Source: Octopus vulgaris
Taxonomy: Eukaryota
Length of the DNA stretch: 64,000 nucleotides
Assembly: GCA_951406725.2 (NCBI GenBank)
Contig: OX597822.1
Coordinates: 110,236,001 to 110,300,000 of the forward strand
Reading direction: 5' to 3'
Positions 12,769 through 26,510 of the stretch are shown piece after piece. Both the position numbers and the translations under genes were made by a program. The stretch's first letter is position 1; the number at the start of each line of letters is the position of its first letter. The notes beneath the pieces were generated by a model that saw only the letters and a program-made list of their open reading frames with translations, was not told the origin of the DNA and did not search any database.

Positions 12769-13632
12769 AGATGGAGAGGGGTGAGAGAGAGAAAGAAAAA
12801 AGAAATAGGAAGGGAATATAGAAGAGTGTGAGGTGGGGAGAGAATAAGAGTCATAAGAGAGAGAGAGAGAGAGAGAATAGGAAAAAATGGTCAGTTTCTA
12901 AAACTGAAGTTTGTTGTAGGTGAGGCTAGTGACTACAACAGGAAGCGTGTCAACAATGGTATTGGTATATACGTAAATACACATGTGAATAGAAAGAGCG
13001 TATACGCATGTATCTACGTGCGCGCACACACAGACTCTCTCTCTCTCTTTCACCTATCTGGTGACATATATGTGTGTGTCTCTGCTATGGGCTATGTAAC
13101 AAAAACTTGTTATTTGCGTGCACAGGCAATGAATAGTATTAAAACAGAGATTAAAAATGAATTTTAAAATGACGGACAGAGAAGACAATGAAACTTAAGA
13201 TAGGAAATATTCTAATAAAAGAATTTTGCACGCGAAGGCAACAATAATTAATATCCGATAAAAAAAATAACATTAAGACGAGCAAGAATGAAATAAGATT
13301 GAAAAGAGAAGTGGAGGTGTTCAGTCATATCTATCGTTGGTAAATAGGAAAAAAATTTTTTTTATTGATTAAGATACTTTGTGGTTGGTTGAGATGTCGG
13401 TCATCAAATGATGGTTTATGTTGTGACCAGATGTGTTGATATTGCGGACCAAGTATTCGTCTGTAGTGCGCAGGACCACATCGTGGAAGTAGGACAGTCT
13501 GTTTTACCCATGCTGACGGCACTCTAGGGATTGTATTGGTCTAGCATGGTGGTGCATGCACAGTTGAAGTTTTTGGTGTTTTGGTACTGAGATTTGGAGA
13601 CTGTAATTGTTATGGCGTTATTACTATATATA

Positions 13633-14232
13633 TTTGTTTATTGCCCACAAGGGGCTAAAAATAGAGGGGACAAAGAAGGACAAACAAAGGGATTATGTCG
13701 ATTACATCAACCCCCAGTGCGTAACTGGTACTTATTTAACCAACCCCGAAAGGATGAAAGGCAAAGTCGACCTCGGCGGAATTTGGACTCAGAACGTAAC
13801 GGCAGACGAAATACCTATTTCTTTACTACCCACAAGGGGCTACACATAGAGGGAACAAACAAGGACAGGCAAACGGATTAAGTGGATTATATCGACCCCA
13901 GTGCATTACTGGTTCTTATTTAATCGACCCCGAAAGGATGAAAGATAAAGTCGACCTCGGTGGAATTTGAACTCAGAACGTAGCGGCAGACGAAATACCT
14001 ATTTCTTTATTAGCCACAAGGGGCCAAACACAGAGAGGACAAACAAGGACAGACAAACGGATTAAGTCGATTACATCGACCGCAGTGCGTAACTGGTACT
14101 TAATTTATCGACTCTGAAAGGATGAAAGGCAAAGTCGACCTCAGCGGAATTTTAACTCAGAACGAAACGTCAGACGATAATACCGCTAAACATTTCGCCC
14201 AACATGCTAACGATTCTGCCAATTCGCCACCT
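13633..14232 (-). mobile_element. SINE family A, head-to-tail trimer
   Basis: Three ~180-bp units, each with cgaaaggatgaaaggcaaagtcgacctc; a single tRNA-like head at 14180-14232. Confidence 0.92.
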
Positions 14233-14261
14233 TTGGTGTTATTGATATAGGGACAAGTGAA

Positions 14262-14472
14262 GGAGACGAGTTGACAGAATCGTTGCCGCGCCGGAAAAAT
14301 GCTTAGCGGCATTTTTTCCGACTTGACGTTTTCAGTTCTAACGCCGCCACAGTCAACTTTGCCTTTTATCCTTTCGGGATCGATAGAATTTGTGCCAGTG
14401 GATCACCGGGGATCGATAAAATCGACTTACCTTTCTCTCGAAATTACTGACCTTTTGCCAAAATCTGAAACC
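14262..14472 (+). mobile_element. SINE family A, older copy
   Basis: gacgagttgacagaatcgttg...gtcaactttgccttttatcctttcgggatcgata. Confidence 0.8.
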
Positions 14473-15143
14473 AGTATATACAGAAATGTGACATATGTGG
14501 GTAGTATACCCGAAAGTACAGAATGCGGTAAGACTGGGAGCTAGGGATTATCTTGTAACTAAATGATTACGAAGTTTCATGTCTCAGGAGAGAAGGGATG
14601 GTGGCCCAATGGTCGAAGTGGTTATGGCACAAAAATATTAGGTTGATATCTCGGTATTTGATGACAGAAGGTTGTGATTGGTCTGTAGGTGTGCGTATAT
14701 AGGGGAGAAGTGTAGTGATTTGGTTCTAAGCTGGTCCAATATAGTGTGCGACACAAAACTGGTCTAAGCGATCTCCGATTTATTATCGACTAATTTGATA
14801 AACTTGGATTCAAAAGTAGAATCAATGCTGCATAATTAATGATGTCAGGGGAAATAAGAGACCCCTGTTATTAAGATGTGGAGTTGGTGTGTCTGGAGTT
14901 AGCGGAGGAACAGTATAGAAATGGCATTCGATTAAAATACCAATATGCGTAACATTTGTAATCTCTATACAAATATGAAATGGCAACAGGTATAATATTT
15001 TGTCTCAGAGGATATTATTTCAAAAAGACAATTAAAAACACAAAACTTCGTTCAAAACGCCGGTGGATATATACATATATAAATTTTTTTCAGAATGATA
15101 TAAAAAACCAAGGCTGTGAAGATTTTAGAACATTTATAAATAG

Positions 15144-15191
15144 GTCTTACAGGTGTTTCTAGAATATTTATTATATCCCTTCATCGGAGAC
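15144..15191 (-). ncRNA. Minimal type I hammerhead-ribozyme-like motif (U4C variant)
   Basis: Minus strand: gtct-CCGATGA-a-gggatat-aataa-atattct-a-GAAAC-acct-GTA-agac. Confidence 0.5.
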
Positions 15192-15354
15192 GGTGTGAGA
15201 AAATGGTTATATATACACATGCTGATATATGACCTACGTTGGACTCCTTATTCGCAAAATCATCGAACCTGGAGCTTAACTATGGTCTATCCATAGCACT
15301 TACTCAGCATTACCTGACCCCTTTGGGTTTTGCTGACACCATTACCTCTCATAA

Positions 15355-15407
<53 letters not shown>

Positions 15408-15467
15408 ATATATATATGTATATATAAATGTATGTATCAATCTATTTATCTATATATATACATATAA

Positions 15468-16135
15468 CAGGGATTGGTGGTCGGAAATAAGGTAAAGGAT
15501 GACTTGTCCGAGTCAGTCTTCCACTGCACTAGGGACCTATTCTGTAGGTTTTTACTCCTCTCTAAACGCTTTGCAGCATTTATTTTTGAGAGTAGTTTTC
15601 TGATTACGGCCCTACCGTGATATCCGGCTTTGTGCAGCTCCCGGCGAACAGTTTTTTGCGAAAACTGGGTTGTCGAGGTGGTCATTAATCTTTGCAGTAA
15701 TTTTGGGAGCTGTCCTTTTGTGATCCTTTCTAACAATTCGCGTAAGAGTCCGACTGTCCCTATTTGAAAAATTTGGTTTTCTTCTGGAGTTTTGTTTCAA
15801 TGAGGAGGTTTTTCCCTCTTTCTCAAAGGCTGTCATTCCTTTCGAGACATTACTTCTTGACACACTAAACATTTCGGCTGTTTTCAATACGCTAGCACCT
15901 GCTATACGAGTACCAACAATTTGATCTCTTTGAAAGGCCGATAGATTTGTCATTTTAATTAATTTTAATTACCTTTCTCATATGATATCTGAAAAGCAAC
16001 AGCAATTTTAGCAAAACATATTAAGCAACACTAATAATAAATCATAAACATAAAAATAAACAAGCTTTCGATGGTTTTATAGATATTTCAAAATTATGAT
16101 GCTATGATGCTTCCATTAACTTAATCCAACACCTG
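15468..16135 (-). mobile_element. Tc1-like transposon remnant (N-terminal transposase, frameshifted)
   Basis: ORFs 15612-15953 (paired-like HTH, FQRDQIVG..TAEMFSVSRSNVSK) and 15446-15736 (TVRRELHKAGYHGR..KRL..SDKSSF); ta-caggtgttgg terminus at 16135. Confidence 0.88.
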
Positions 16136-16339
16136 TAAACATGTTTTGGGGAGAGTCTTTTCATAATGTGAATGAAGGGAAATAAGTTGCCTTACCTGAA
16201 AAAGAAAGAAAAAAAACCGAATTTGTATATAGCATTGAAATCATACTTGTAACTTTTTGGTCTTGGGTGAACAGCTATTGTTCTTCATTTCTAAAATATT
16301 GCTTGGTACCTTGTTGGGAATCTGGAAAACTAATGGCAT

Positions 16340-16950
16340 TTTGTACAAGAAATAATTCCTGTAGCAAAGTTACTGTATATTCCAGATTTTAAATGTCTCA
16401 TTTGGGATAAACATGAGAAATATCGAGATGATAACGCATGAATTTTGTATGTTAGCTTCAGTATCAGGCATCATTAACTTCGAACAGTAAGAAGGGAATT
16501 GCACATAATCATTGGCCAGCAGTTTTTTTTTTTTGCGTTGCACTGATAACAATAAACGACGAACCGTGCATATCATGTATAGATATACTTCTTTTGTGCG
16601 TATCTCTGTGGATCAATACCGGAAGTAATATACTAACTTCTCACAAAAAATATTATTGATTGGAACAATTTACTAAGGTCTGAATCTGACAGAATTGTAG
16701 GAATATTTACGCAATGAAGGCAAATTTTGTTCTATTGATTGAGTGATATATGTGAAAAGGTAACACATTTCCCTAGGAATTCCGCCAAAATCCGAATAGC
16801 TATTACAGCAACAGTAGTTGTTATACTTGCAAACAGGTTCGAGGATAGTACAGCTTTTGCTTTTCTAAAATGAACCGTCTTCCATTCCATGTACATCTAC
16901 AACCAAGGACATTGACATTAATATCCTGCATTGCCATTGGGAGTTCAGCC
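16340..16950 (+). repeat. Diverged direct duplication, copy 1
   Basis: Collinear with 19840-20425, e.g. taaggtctgaatctgacagaattgtaggaatat vs taaggtctgaatccaacagaattgtaagaatat. Confidence 0.8.
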
Positions 16951-17040
16951 CAGCTTATTTATCTTATTTTCGATATATTAATATATAAGATTGACACAAA
17001 ATCAAAACATTTAAAGGACGGTACTACAGATTAAATTTAA

Positions 17041-17275
17041 GGCGGCGAGCTGGCAGAAACGTTAGCACGCCGGACGAAATGCGTAGCCGTATTTCGTCTG
17101 CCGTTACGTTCTGAGTTCAAAATCCGCCGAGGTCGACTTTGCTTTTCATCCTTTTGGGGTCGATTAAATAAGTACCAGTTACGCACTGGGGTCGATATAA
17201 TCGATTTAATCCGTTTGTCTGTCCTTGTTTGTCCTCTCTGTGTTTAGCTCCTTGTGGGTAGTAAAGAAATAGGTA
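17041..17275 (+). mobile_element. SINE family A, full-length monomer
   Basis: ggcggcgagctggcagaaacgttagc head; Nin/Deu-like aggtcgactttgcttttcatccttttggggtcgattaaataagtaccag. Confidence 0.92.
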
Positions 17276-19166
17276 TCGAGCCACTCCATCATTGGGTATC
17301 CTTTCATCATCCCTAGAGAGCCCAAAGTAAAAGAAATCCTTGTGAGATTAGAGCTAGATTAAAACATTAATTTACATCTAATGGTATTAAAACAAGTGAA
17401 GTAAATTTGCCACTTAAATGTGGCTAACCACTAAGGGTGGATGCTGCTGTAGCTTGTAGCCACAGGAGAATATCTCCAGCTGGCTATTGACACACCTTCT
17501 GTGCCCTATCAATATTTGCCATCCTTCCCATCTTCGACCTGACGTGATACGCGTGGACCCGGGTTTCTGAGTATTTACCCGTCGTAAACGCACGACAATC
17601 ACCGGTTTTCGATGCGAATGGGTCCCAATGCAAATACATATATCCTTTTTCCAGTGATGAAAAGTCACTGATACCGAAAATGAATTTCCATGACTTTCAG
17701 AGATATTAATTTACGTTTGCCTACGTTTAATAGAGAAAGGGCTTCAGTTTGTCATTGTGACAATAATGCTTTCACCAACGTCATTAGTTGTATTGGTTAA
17801 ATTTCTGTAGTGATTTACACTAGGGAAATAAAGCATTGTATTGATATTCTAGGAAAAAATCCGGTTATTGTACAATGATTGCCTAAGCAAAGAAATCCTA
17901 TACTTTAGGAGGAAATAGTAAATTTATGAGAGTTTGTTTGAGAATAAAATAAAATACATGCTAGAGATAAGTCGTAAGTAGAGTGAATTCGTGCGATGGC
18001 GTTCATAAGAAGACCATTGCTGGTAATACGATCACATTGTTGTTGAAATGATATGAAATACGATAGGGAAAATTGTGTATGAATGAGAGTGCCGAATGGA
18101 CAAAAAGCAATATTTTTTTTTCTTAAGTATAATTTTGATACTTATTTTCGCAAACTATGAAAACGATGTTTTAAACCTCTTAGATTATATATATAAAAAA
18201 GAAATGGGCAATAAAATCATTTGAGCATAAATTCACATGAGATTTCCCTGCATTGTTGTTGACAAACGAATGTACAAATGCAGAAAGATTGGAGCGCTTT
18301 TTCCATTCGAAGCTGGTTGAAGCATCACTTTCTTCTGTGCTATCAAGAGCCTCCTCCTCCACCCCCTCCTCCTCATTATCATCATCATTATCATCTATCT
18401 CATCTGATAATGATAGAAAAGTTAGAAAAAAAAAAACTTCTTCCGCTGTATAAATCTTCCATTTGTGACTTGATGACGTAGTCTCTCAGATGTCAGTTGA
18501 TGACGGCCATATCTATGTAAAATTTTTGAAACATCAATTGATGATGTTTGCTGTTCTTTCTGAAATATGAATTGATGATGTCCGTCGTTTATGGGTTAAA
18601 TTGGTGCAATTGCTTTTAAAGGTTACTAGCGCTTTTGGAAGTATTATACCATTTTATGAAGAAGTTCATGAACATATGTTATATATGGAGTTGTAGAAAC
18701 TATACTGCAATACAAATTATAGTTTTGTTTAACCGAGTAAAACGTCTTGCGATTTCATGTTTTTTTTTTAAAAAATATTCGTACATGAAATGAAAATGCG
18801 TCTGCGCGTGATTGAAATTGCATCTTGGTTTCAATTTATTGGAATTATACTTTGTGGTCATCAGCTGCAAATATAATTACTAAATCATTTTATGAGTAAG
18901 TGAGAAATTCTTAAAAAGACCACTTTGCAAAAAATAATAACCGAATTTTCTCAAATCACCACCTGTCAGGAAGGGTACACTGGATAAAGAGATTTACAAA
19001 GATTTCCTACATAAAAATTCCATAGCCGAAACGTTCCATCTATACAAAATTCTACCTCTTAAAAAATAATAAATAAATGAAATAAAATAAACCTGATTTG
19101 AGTCTTCACATCCATGATTTGCATAGGGGCATAATAATGATGATAGAGTTGGGGATCCTTTCGTAA

Positions 19167-19487
19167 ATAGAATAACGATAAACGTCGCCCTTTTCAAGCC
19201 TAGCCAGGCTCATGGGCCCGGTTTCCCGGTTTCTGTGGCGTATGTGTTCCCTCCAGCTGGACGGGACGGCAGTCCATTGCAGCGTTACTCAAGAAACAGG
19301 AAGAGAAACTGAGAGAAAGTTGTGGCGAAAGAGTACAACAGGGGTTGCCAACACCCCCTGCCGGAGAGTCGTGGAGCTTTTAGGGATTTTCGCTCAATAA
19401 ACACACACAACGCCCGGTCTGGGAATCGAAACCGCGATCCTCCGACCGCGAGTCCGCTGGCCTGACCACTGGGCCATTGCGCCTCCA
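19167..19487 (-). mobile_element. SINE family D head with tail type ii
   Basis: Head matches the copy at 5357, tail matches family C; tttcgtaa on both flanks. Confidence 0.9.
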
Positions 19488-19839
19488 TTTTCGTAATAAA
19501 GTTTGACTAGATTAGAATGTTTCCACTATACTTTGACTGATAAGTATCTACTTCCATCTTAAGAATAAAAAAAAATACTGAGTTCAAATCGAAGTCAATT
19601 TTTCCGTTTATCCCTTCACTGGGATCGATCGGTTGTCCCCTTATCAATTTCTGGTCTTGTTCTTATGTTCAAATCAATATTGCCCTTCAATAAAAAGCTA
19701 CCCAAATGCCAATATAACACACTCTCACACACATACGCACACACATATACAGCATGTCATTCATTCGCACTCGCTGGAGCGGACCCAATTAAAACAGAAA
19801 AACAAGAGGATCTTTGTGCTTAAATATAAATGTTGGCTT

Positions 19840-20425
19840 TTGCAGAAGAAATATCCTCTGTAGTAATGTTACTGTATAGTTCAACCTATAAATGTCTCTA
19901 TTGCGATAAACATGAGAAAAATGAAGATTGCGTATGAATTCCCTATGTTAGTCATCATTAGGGAAGAAAGAGGAAGAAATTGCATTTAATCATGGTCAAC
20001 AGTTTCTGATGCTGCACTGGTCAGAATAAACGATGAACGGTGTATATCAAGCATAGATGTTGTTGTATACCGCTTTGAATGAACATGGAAGCTAACACAC
20101 CTGACTTCTCACGAAAGGTTTTATTGATTAGAACCATTTAATAAGGTCTGAATCCAACAGAATTGTAAGAATATATAAATAATGAAAGGAAATACTACTT
20201 TATTGATTGAGAAACAGATATGAAAAGGTAATGCATATTCCCTAATAATTCCAAACCGTATTTTGTAAAAAGCCAAAAACCGAACAGCGATTAAATCAAC
20301 TGTAGTTTCTTATGATTGCGAATTGGTTCGAGAATAGTGCTGCATATCTAAAATGCACTCCACTTTCGTTCATCTGCAGATATGAACTTTGATATTAATA
20401 ATTCAGCTACGTTATATTGGGAAAT
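19840..20425 (+). repeat. Diverged direct duplication, copy 2
   Basis: Collinear with 16340-16950. Confidence 0.8.
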
Positions 20426-21102
20426 CACATGGGACTGCCGTCATTTCTAGTGTAGCTATAAACTCAGACAAGCTAATTTCTTTGAATTCTCGCCAAGAAT
20501 ATATTTTCTAAGGGCTTTTAATTTCCGATATTTTGCTTGATAATGACAACATATTTATTCCATATTCTAAAACGCAAACTGCTTTCACTAAGTCAGTTAA
20601 AGCATAAGCTATATTTACTTCAATACCTTAATCTCTGACAACTTTTCATTTCCCTCAGAGCCTGTGATGTCACGTGGATTGCAGCTGAAAACGGTTCATT
20701 GCTTCTTCAGTTCGTACGTCAGACAAAACTACAAACACGCTGAAATATTTGTAGAAGTACTGACTGGGATATTAAAAACTCAGGTAAACCATGTGGGTCT
20801 ACTCTAAACATGCGCCTATAGATTGAAGAGCAGCATTTAGGCGCGGGATTGTACACTGTAATCCTATATCTGTGTGGTTCCCTGATTAGAGTATTCTGTG
20901 TCAGGAAAACTGCATCGTCCATATGTTCATATGTTTTGTATTCATCTTTTTAAGTAAACTCCCACAAAATTGTAAACTGTCTCCTGTGGCCGCTTAAAAG
21001 AAATCATCATCAACACCACTATCTTCTCCTCCTCCTCACTATCATCATCATTATTATTACCACACTTCTGACTTGTGTTACAAGTGTGTAAAGTTTGATA
21101 GA

Positions 21103-21816
21103 CAGGGTGATTGGAAAGTAACTCCCTATTTTAAAATGCTTATAAGTTATTTATTAACGATAATTTCTTTCTCAAATTTCTTGTGTATGTTCTTTAATGT
21201 ATGGGAATTGATTTCATGTTGTTGTTTTTTCAGATTGATTATTTTGTTTGAAATTTAGAAGCCCTACAAACATGGCAGGATATTTTACTGTGCCCAGCTA
21301 GCTGTAGATTACGAAGTTTGGTGATCAGTTGTTCAAGTGCAAAGATGGTGAAGGACCATTAGAGGAAGGCATGCACAAGTTGATACAAAGATAATCAAGA
21401 ATTGTCATGCAAAATTCATAACTACAGGAATTGTAGCTGGTACTTGAAGTGGTCGTCCTTCCAATTCATCAATTCATGACTGGCTGACCAGAAGCCCTGA
21501 TTTAACACCCTGCAACTATTTTCTTTGGGGTTGGTTAAAGGAGGAAATTTTCTCTTCCAAACCAATAACGTTGGAAGAACTTGAAGGGTGAATACGAGAA
21601 GTTATGTATTTCATTCCACAAGACTTCCTGATGAAATCAGTTGATGTGGTTCCCAGGTGGCTTGAGAAGCTGGTGGGGAATGCTGATGCCTATATTAAAT
21701 TTTAAATAAAATTCCATTCTATACACTTTCTTTACATATTCGTTTTTTCTAAAAATTATAGTCAATAAATAAATTACTAGTATTTTAAAATAGGGAGTTA
21801 CTTTTCAATCACCCTG
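21103..21816 (+). mobile_element. Deleted Tc1/mariner-superfamily element
   Basis: Long TIRs cagggtgattggaaagtaactccctattttaaaat / attttaaaatagggagttacttttcaatcaccctg-ta; internal W.TRSPDLTPCNYFLWGWLKE motif at ~21481. Confidence 0.88.
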
Positions 21817-22707
21817 TATATTCATCGCGTATAATGTAAATAGGATTTTAACTCGAACGAAGATATCTGTCTGATCAATATATTAGTAGACTACATATTG
21901 GCTGATGTGTATAATCGACCACAGTGCCAATTGTGCGAGAACTTAGTTGGGAAGTACGCCTGTTTACCTTAAATATTGTTTTTGCTTATCGTATATATGC
22001 CAACTGCGTATACATAATATATCTACATCAAAAACGACTAGAATAAGTACACATGGTTTGTGGTAATATAGATTAGATATTTCTCTTTCAATCTATTAAA
22101 AAAACTTTTGTCACAGTCACCACTGCTTATTATAGTGGTGAAGAACAAAAATAAAGACAATGGTTGCTTTTATTTTTTTATATTTTTGTAGTACAAATGA
22201 AGGAAGTTAGTCTGTTAGAAGTCAGTCTGACGGTTAGAAATAACATTTTAATTTTTGCTACTTAGTGCAGACATAACAAGAAATAATTGAAAACAGAAAA
22301 CAAAATGAATGAATTATAAAAATGGATTTCATAGTTTTTCATATTTATTATTGAATAGATGCTCTAAGAAATCTTTAAGCTTCCATCTTGATTCATTTAC
22401 AATCTGTCTGATATTGATCGAAGCTAAAGTAACGTTTGTTCTCTGCTAAATATTGGATAATTCTATTGAATTGTGTTAGGTTCAGTAGTTTGAAGTATAT
22501 AGTCAAAAGGGAAGTTATGCAGTTTGGAAACAACAGCTCAATGTGTTTAAGACATCACTACAATATTTAAGAATATGTAAATGGCTGAATCGACGGAGTA
22601 ACGAAGTTCCCATTCTGAAACCAACAGTTCGTATCTTTTCACCGGTACTGCAAGTGAGAGTGACTAATCTACGTAACATCAAGATTTCACATGGCTACTA
22701 CTACCGA

Positions 22708-23013
22708 GTGGAGACGCAATGGTCCAGTGGTTAGGGCAGCGGACTCGCTGTTGTAGGATCGCGATTTCGATTCCCAGACCGGGCGTTGTGAGTGTTTATT
22801 GAGCGAAAACACCTAAAGCCCCACGTGGCTCCGGCAGTGGGTGGTGGCGATCCCTGCTGTACTCTTTCGCCACAACATTCTCTCACTCTTTCTTCTGTTG
22901 ACCTGCTCGCTTAGTCAGCGGGATGGCGTCATTTGAAGGCTAAAACAATGCGAAGCGCACTGTGACCAGTGATGTGTAACAACACCTGATAGCCTGGTCG
23001 GTGATTACGGTAA
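22708..23013 (+). mobile_element. SINE family D head with tail type iii
   Basis: Head and body match 5357 up to ctctcactctt, then an unrelated tail follows (gacctgctcgcttag...gatagcctggtcggtga). Confidence 0.88.
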
Positions 23014-24621
23014 TTACTAACGAAGGGCAGGCACAAATATTAGTTCTATAAAAATCTGTCAACACTTGGTCAACTTTAGTACTGAGTCTAAAAGAAATGC
23101 CTATGTTTCAGGGAGCCATCATTCTACAGCGTAAGGTGTAAGTGCGAGATAGAGAAGGCAATATGAAAGAGATTTTATACCAGTACTCAACTGTACGACC
23201 TCCACCCGAATTAAATTCGAGTATAATGCACGTCGCTGCTTCTGGGCAATGGAATGTCAGAACAAATGTATCTTGTCTATAATAAGCACTGAGTTTTGTT
23301 CGAGTAATCTTCGAAGAAAATAGTGGAACTAACGATGAAACCAGTAGAAATGGAAAACGTAGAAATGAATTTGGCTCTCCTGAATCACCAAAACACATGC
23401 TTCGAAATAGGCTCGCGTTGCCACTGAATTTAGTTTCTGATTTCAGTTATGAGTAGCATAATGATGGATGATATGCAGCATCTCACCACACGTTAAATGC
23501 CTCGAAGGCATCTGGTACTAAGTGCATGTTTTACCTAACTTCATAGAAATTCGACCACGATGAGCACTCTTAGTTATTCCTTCTTAGGACAACAAGGCTC
23601 CATAATTTTATTAGAGTAGTTTTAATTAGAGAGTTGCTTCCTATTATTGGGAAAGAGCGTTTCAAAGAGGCCTGGACGAAAGTAAAAATGAAGGCTTGAA
23701 CTGAAATTCTTTTCAGGGATTGAATAGACAGACACATCAGAGAATTTCACTAGTTAACACAGGAAACGTTTTTAATTTATAATGAGCAAGGTACAATTTG
23801 ATCATCAGGGGTACTAATTTACTACCACTACTACTGGAGAGATAGAAAAATATCTGTGGAATTTGGTGGAATCTTTTTTATGGAGATTAAGAGTTGGTCC
23901 CACTGCTATCTCACAAGTTGATAAATTAGTCAAACAGCCATGTAAGGCTATGTAGTTTATTAGTTAACAATGACAGGCATTTAATTATATCAGACTGACC
24001 AGTTAGCCATTCGGCTACGTAGAACTTAGAATTTGCACTTAGGTCCGGCTGTAAAATCAATAGTTAATTATATAGGAGAACTTAGGTGCATATATTGATA
24101 GACAAAACTGGTCCACGGAAAGAGACAGAACGACTATTGATATAGATTTAAATTTCGTAAAAGGGATGAATATTTGTCACAGATACATTAAATATTACGA
24201 TTGCAGAGAGGGATAAAATCTGGTATTCTCTGTGAGACCCAATGCTGCAAAAAAACATTTCTTATAAACACATTTCGGTAATAAACCTTCTGAAACGTAA
24301 ATCATAAATTTAAAAAAAGGTGTATTTGAATGGCGTATACTTTTCATTGATATTTTTGTTAACTTTTTATTGAAAAATTCAAAATGTGTGATTGATTATT
24401 GAAGAGGTCATCTGTAAATGGTTCAAAATGTTTTCAATAATTTTATCAAACTATATTCACAATGTCTGTGTAAAATCTTTTATTGAATTGAAAATTCTAA
24501 ACAAAATCACCATAAGATTATATCTGGTGTTTCTTAATGCGCAACAAATATATAATATTTGATTAAATTTACACTCATTGCAGAAGATGAACAGAATTCT
24601 CAATTATTTTAAACCCTCCCC

Positions 24622-24668
<47 letters not shown>

Positions 24669-25005
24669 TTCGTCTTAACATTCATTTCAGATATCTGAGC
24701 ATATAAATTGTCAAGAAAACACTTAAACTTTATAGATGCACACGTGGTGATATACCTCTATATACATTCGTTTTTATGAATTCCAGTGCATTCTTCTAAA
24801 ATTCTTCAAACCAATAGCTTTTTTCTAGCAGCTAAATATTAAAATACCCCACCCCCTACATCCACCTAAACTACTTTCACCGTCAACTACCTCCATAATA
24901 ACACACATAAAAACTGATATTACAATTCTATACTGAACAAATCCGGAAGTAATCACCTACGAGTTTTTCAAAGCTGTTCCGACATATTTCTCTTATACAA
25001 GTCCC

Positions 25006-25091
25006 CAGGCATGGCTGTTTGGTAAGAGGCTTGCTCCTTAACCACATGGTTCCAGGTTGGATCCCACTGCGCGGTACCTCGGGCTAGTGTC
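25006..25091 (+). mobile_element. SINE family B, 5' fragment
   Basis: caggcatggctgtttggtaag...aaccacatggttccaggttggatcccactgcg. Confidence 0.75.
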
Positions 25092-25684
25092 ACTTATATA
25101 TATACATATTTACATATAATACAAAGTAAGATAGGGGTTATGGGTGTAACCCACTATGGGATATCATTTATCCAATATACTGTTGATACGCAAATTCTTA
25201 ATACATAAATATTTATAATTGCAATGCAATTAAGTCATTGTATTAAACGGGTGAAGGTAAAGAAATATTTTTACCGTAAATTTATAATACAAATAAGAAA
25301 ATGGAGAAACAAATTTGGTTTGTTCATCAACTTTCGGATATTATAATGTTGGATTATTTATTCATTTAACAAAAGGAGAACCTTAATAGCATACAAAAAT
25401 ATTATATATCATGCTTTCGTTGCGAAGCTTTTATAAAAATACCATTATATATTATTGTGTCTGGGAGAGTCATTCTCTTTTAGTGCCTTTTTACTAAACA
25501 CACGTTCGATTTCCACTCATTTAGTTATTCATGTTTTCTAAAATTTTCGTTGTCTTCCAACCTCTTCAATAGTCATTGACTCTGTCCGTTATCAGAGATA
25601 TGTTCTTTTTGTTTACTTGTTTACGCATGTGTGCATGTGTGTACACATATATATGTATGTATGTATGTATGTATGGATGTATGT

Positions 25685-26230
25685 CAGGTCACTTTCGAGT
25701 GCTGCTGGTAACATGTAACGCAGTACAACCTGTTGCATGGTCGGGTCGTCGGCGACTAAACCGGCAACCCCACCAAGCTTGCTTGGAGAGGAGGGTGTTT
25801 ATTGGACACCCCGCCGGATGAAAAACAAAACCCGTCAAAAGGCGGAGGAACTTGTGAGTGAACGGCCATCCAATAAATGTGTTATGGCTGTATCATGCGC
25901 GGAGACATAGAAATAATCAGACTGAATACCCGATCGCGCGGTTAAACCATTGAGAGTGAAGGACTCCTAGCCTTTGTTAGGGCATTCTTCTAGGAGAGGG
26001 TAACTCAGGTAACTGGAATAACTCCGACATAAAACCTGCGACTCAGTGGTTACCGATGACGTTGACTTGTTCTTCTTTTCGGATTATGGCTGCTGTTGGT
26101 TAGTGAGTGGGATTGACTCAGTGCACAACCTTCCCTCACTTAAAAACAAATCTTGCACAGGCATTGCACGATAACAACATTGATTAAGCTTCGTGCAATG
26201 ACCATACTTAATAACGAGGGGACAGCCACT
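25685..26230 (+). repeat. GC-richer interspersed repeat within (TATG)n, possibly a retroelement UTR
   Basis: Compositionally distinct block bounded by (TATG)n on both sides; family not identified. Confidence 0.4.
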
Positions 26231-26510
26231 ATGTATGCATGTATGCATGTATGTGTATATGTATGTATGTATGTATGCATGTATGTGTATATGTATGTAT
26301 GTATGTATGCATGTATGTGTATATGTATGTATGTATGTATGTACGTATGTATGTATGTGTGTGCATGCATGTATGTGTGTGTATGTATATATGTATGCGG
26401 GTGTGTACGTTTGTGTGTGTGTATGTATTCTGCATATTCATGTGTTTGTGTTCATGTTTGTGTGTTTGTATGTGTGTGTTTGTATATGTGTGTATTTGTG
26501 TGTGTACCTC
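26231..26510. repeat. (TATG)n/(TG)n microsatellite
   Basis: Visible directly. Confidence 0.95.

Noticed and set aside
13780-13815. cagaacgtaacggcagacgaaatacc in SINE A, resembling the 3' half of a hammerhead
   Set aside because: No CUGANGA element; it is the antisense of the tRNA-derived region
13633-14232. Regularly spaced repeats that superficially resemble a CRISPR array
   Set aside because: The units are ~180-bp SINE bodies with no unique spacers, there are no cas genes, and the context is eukaryotic
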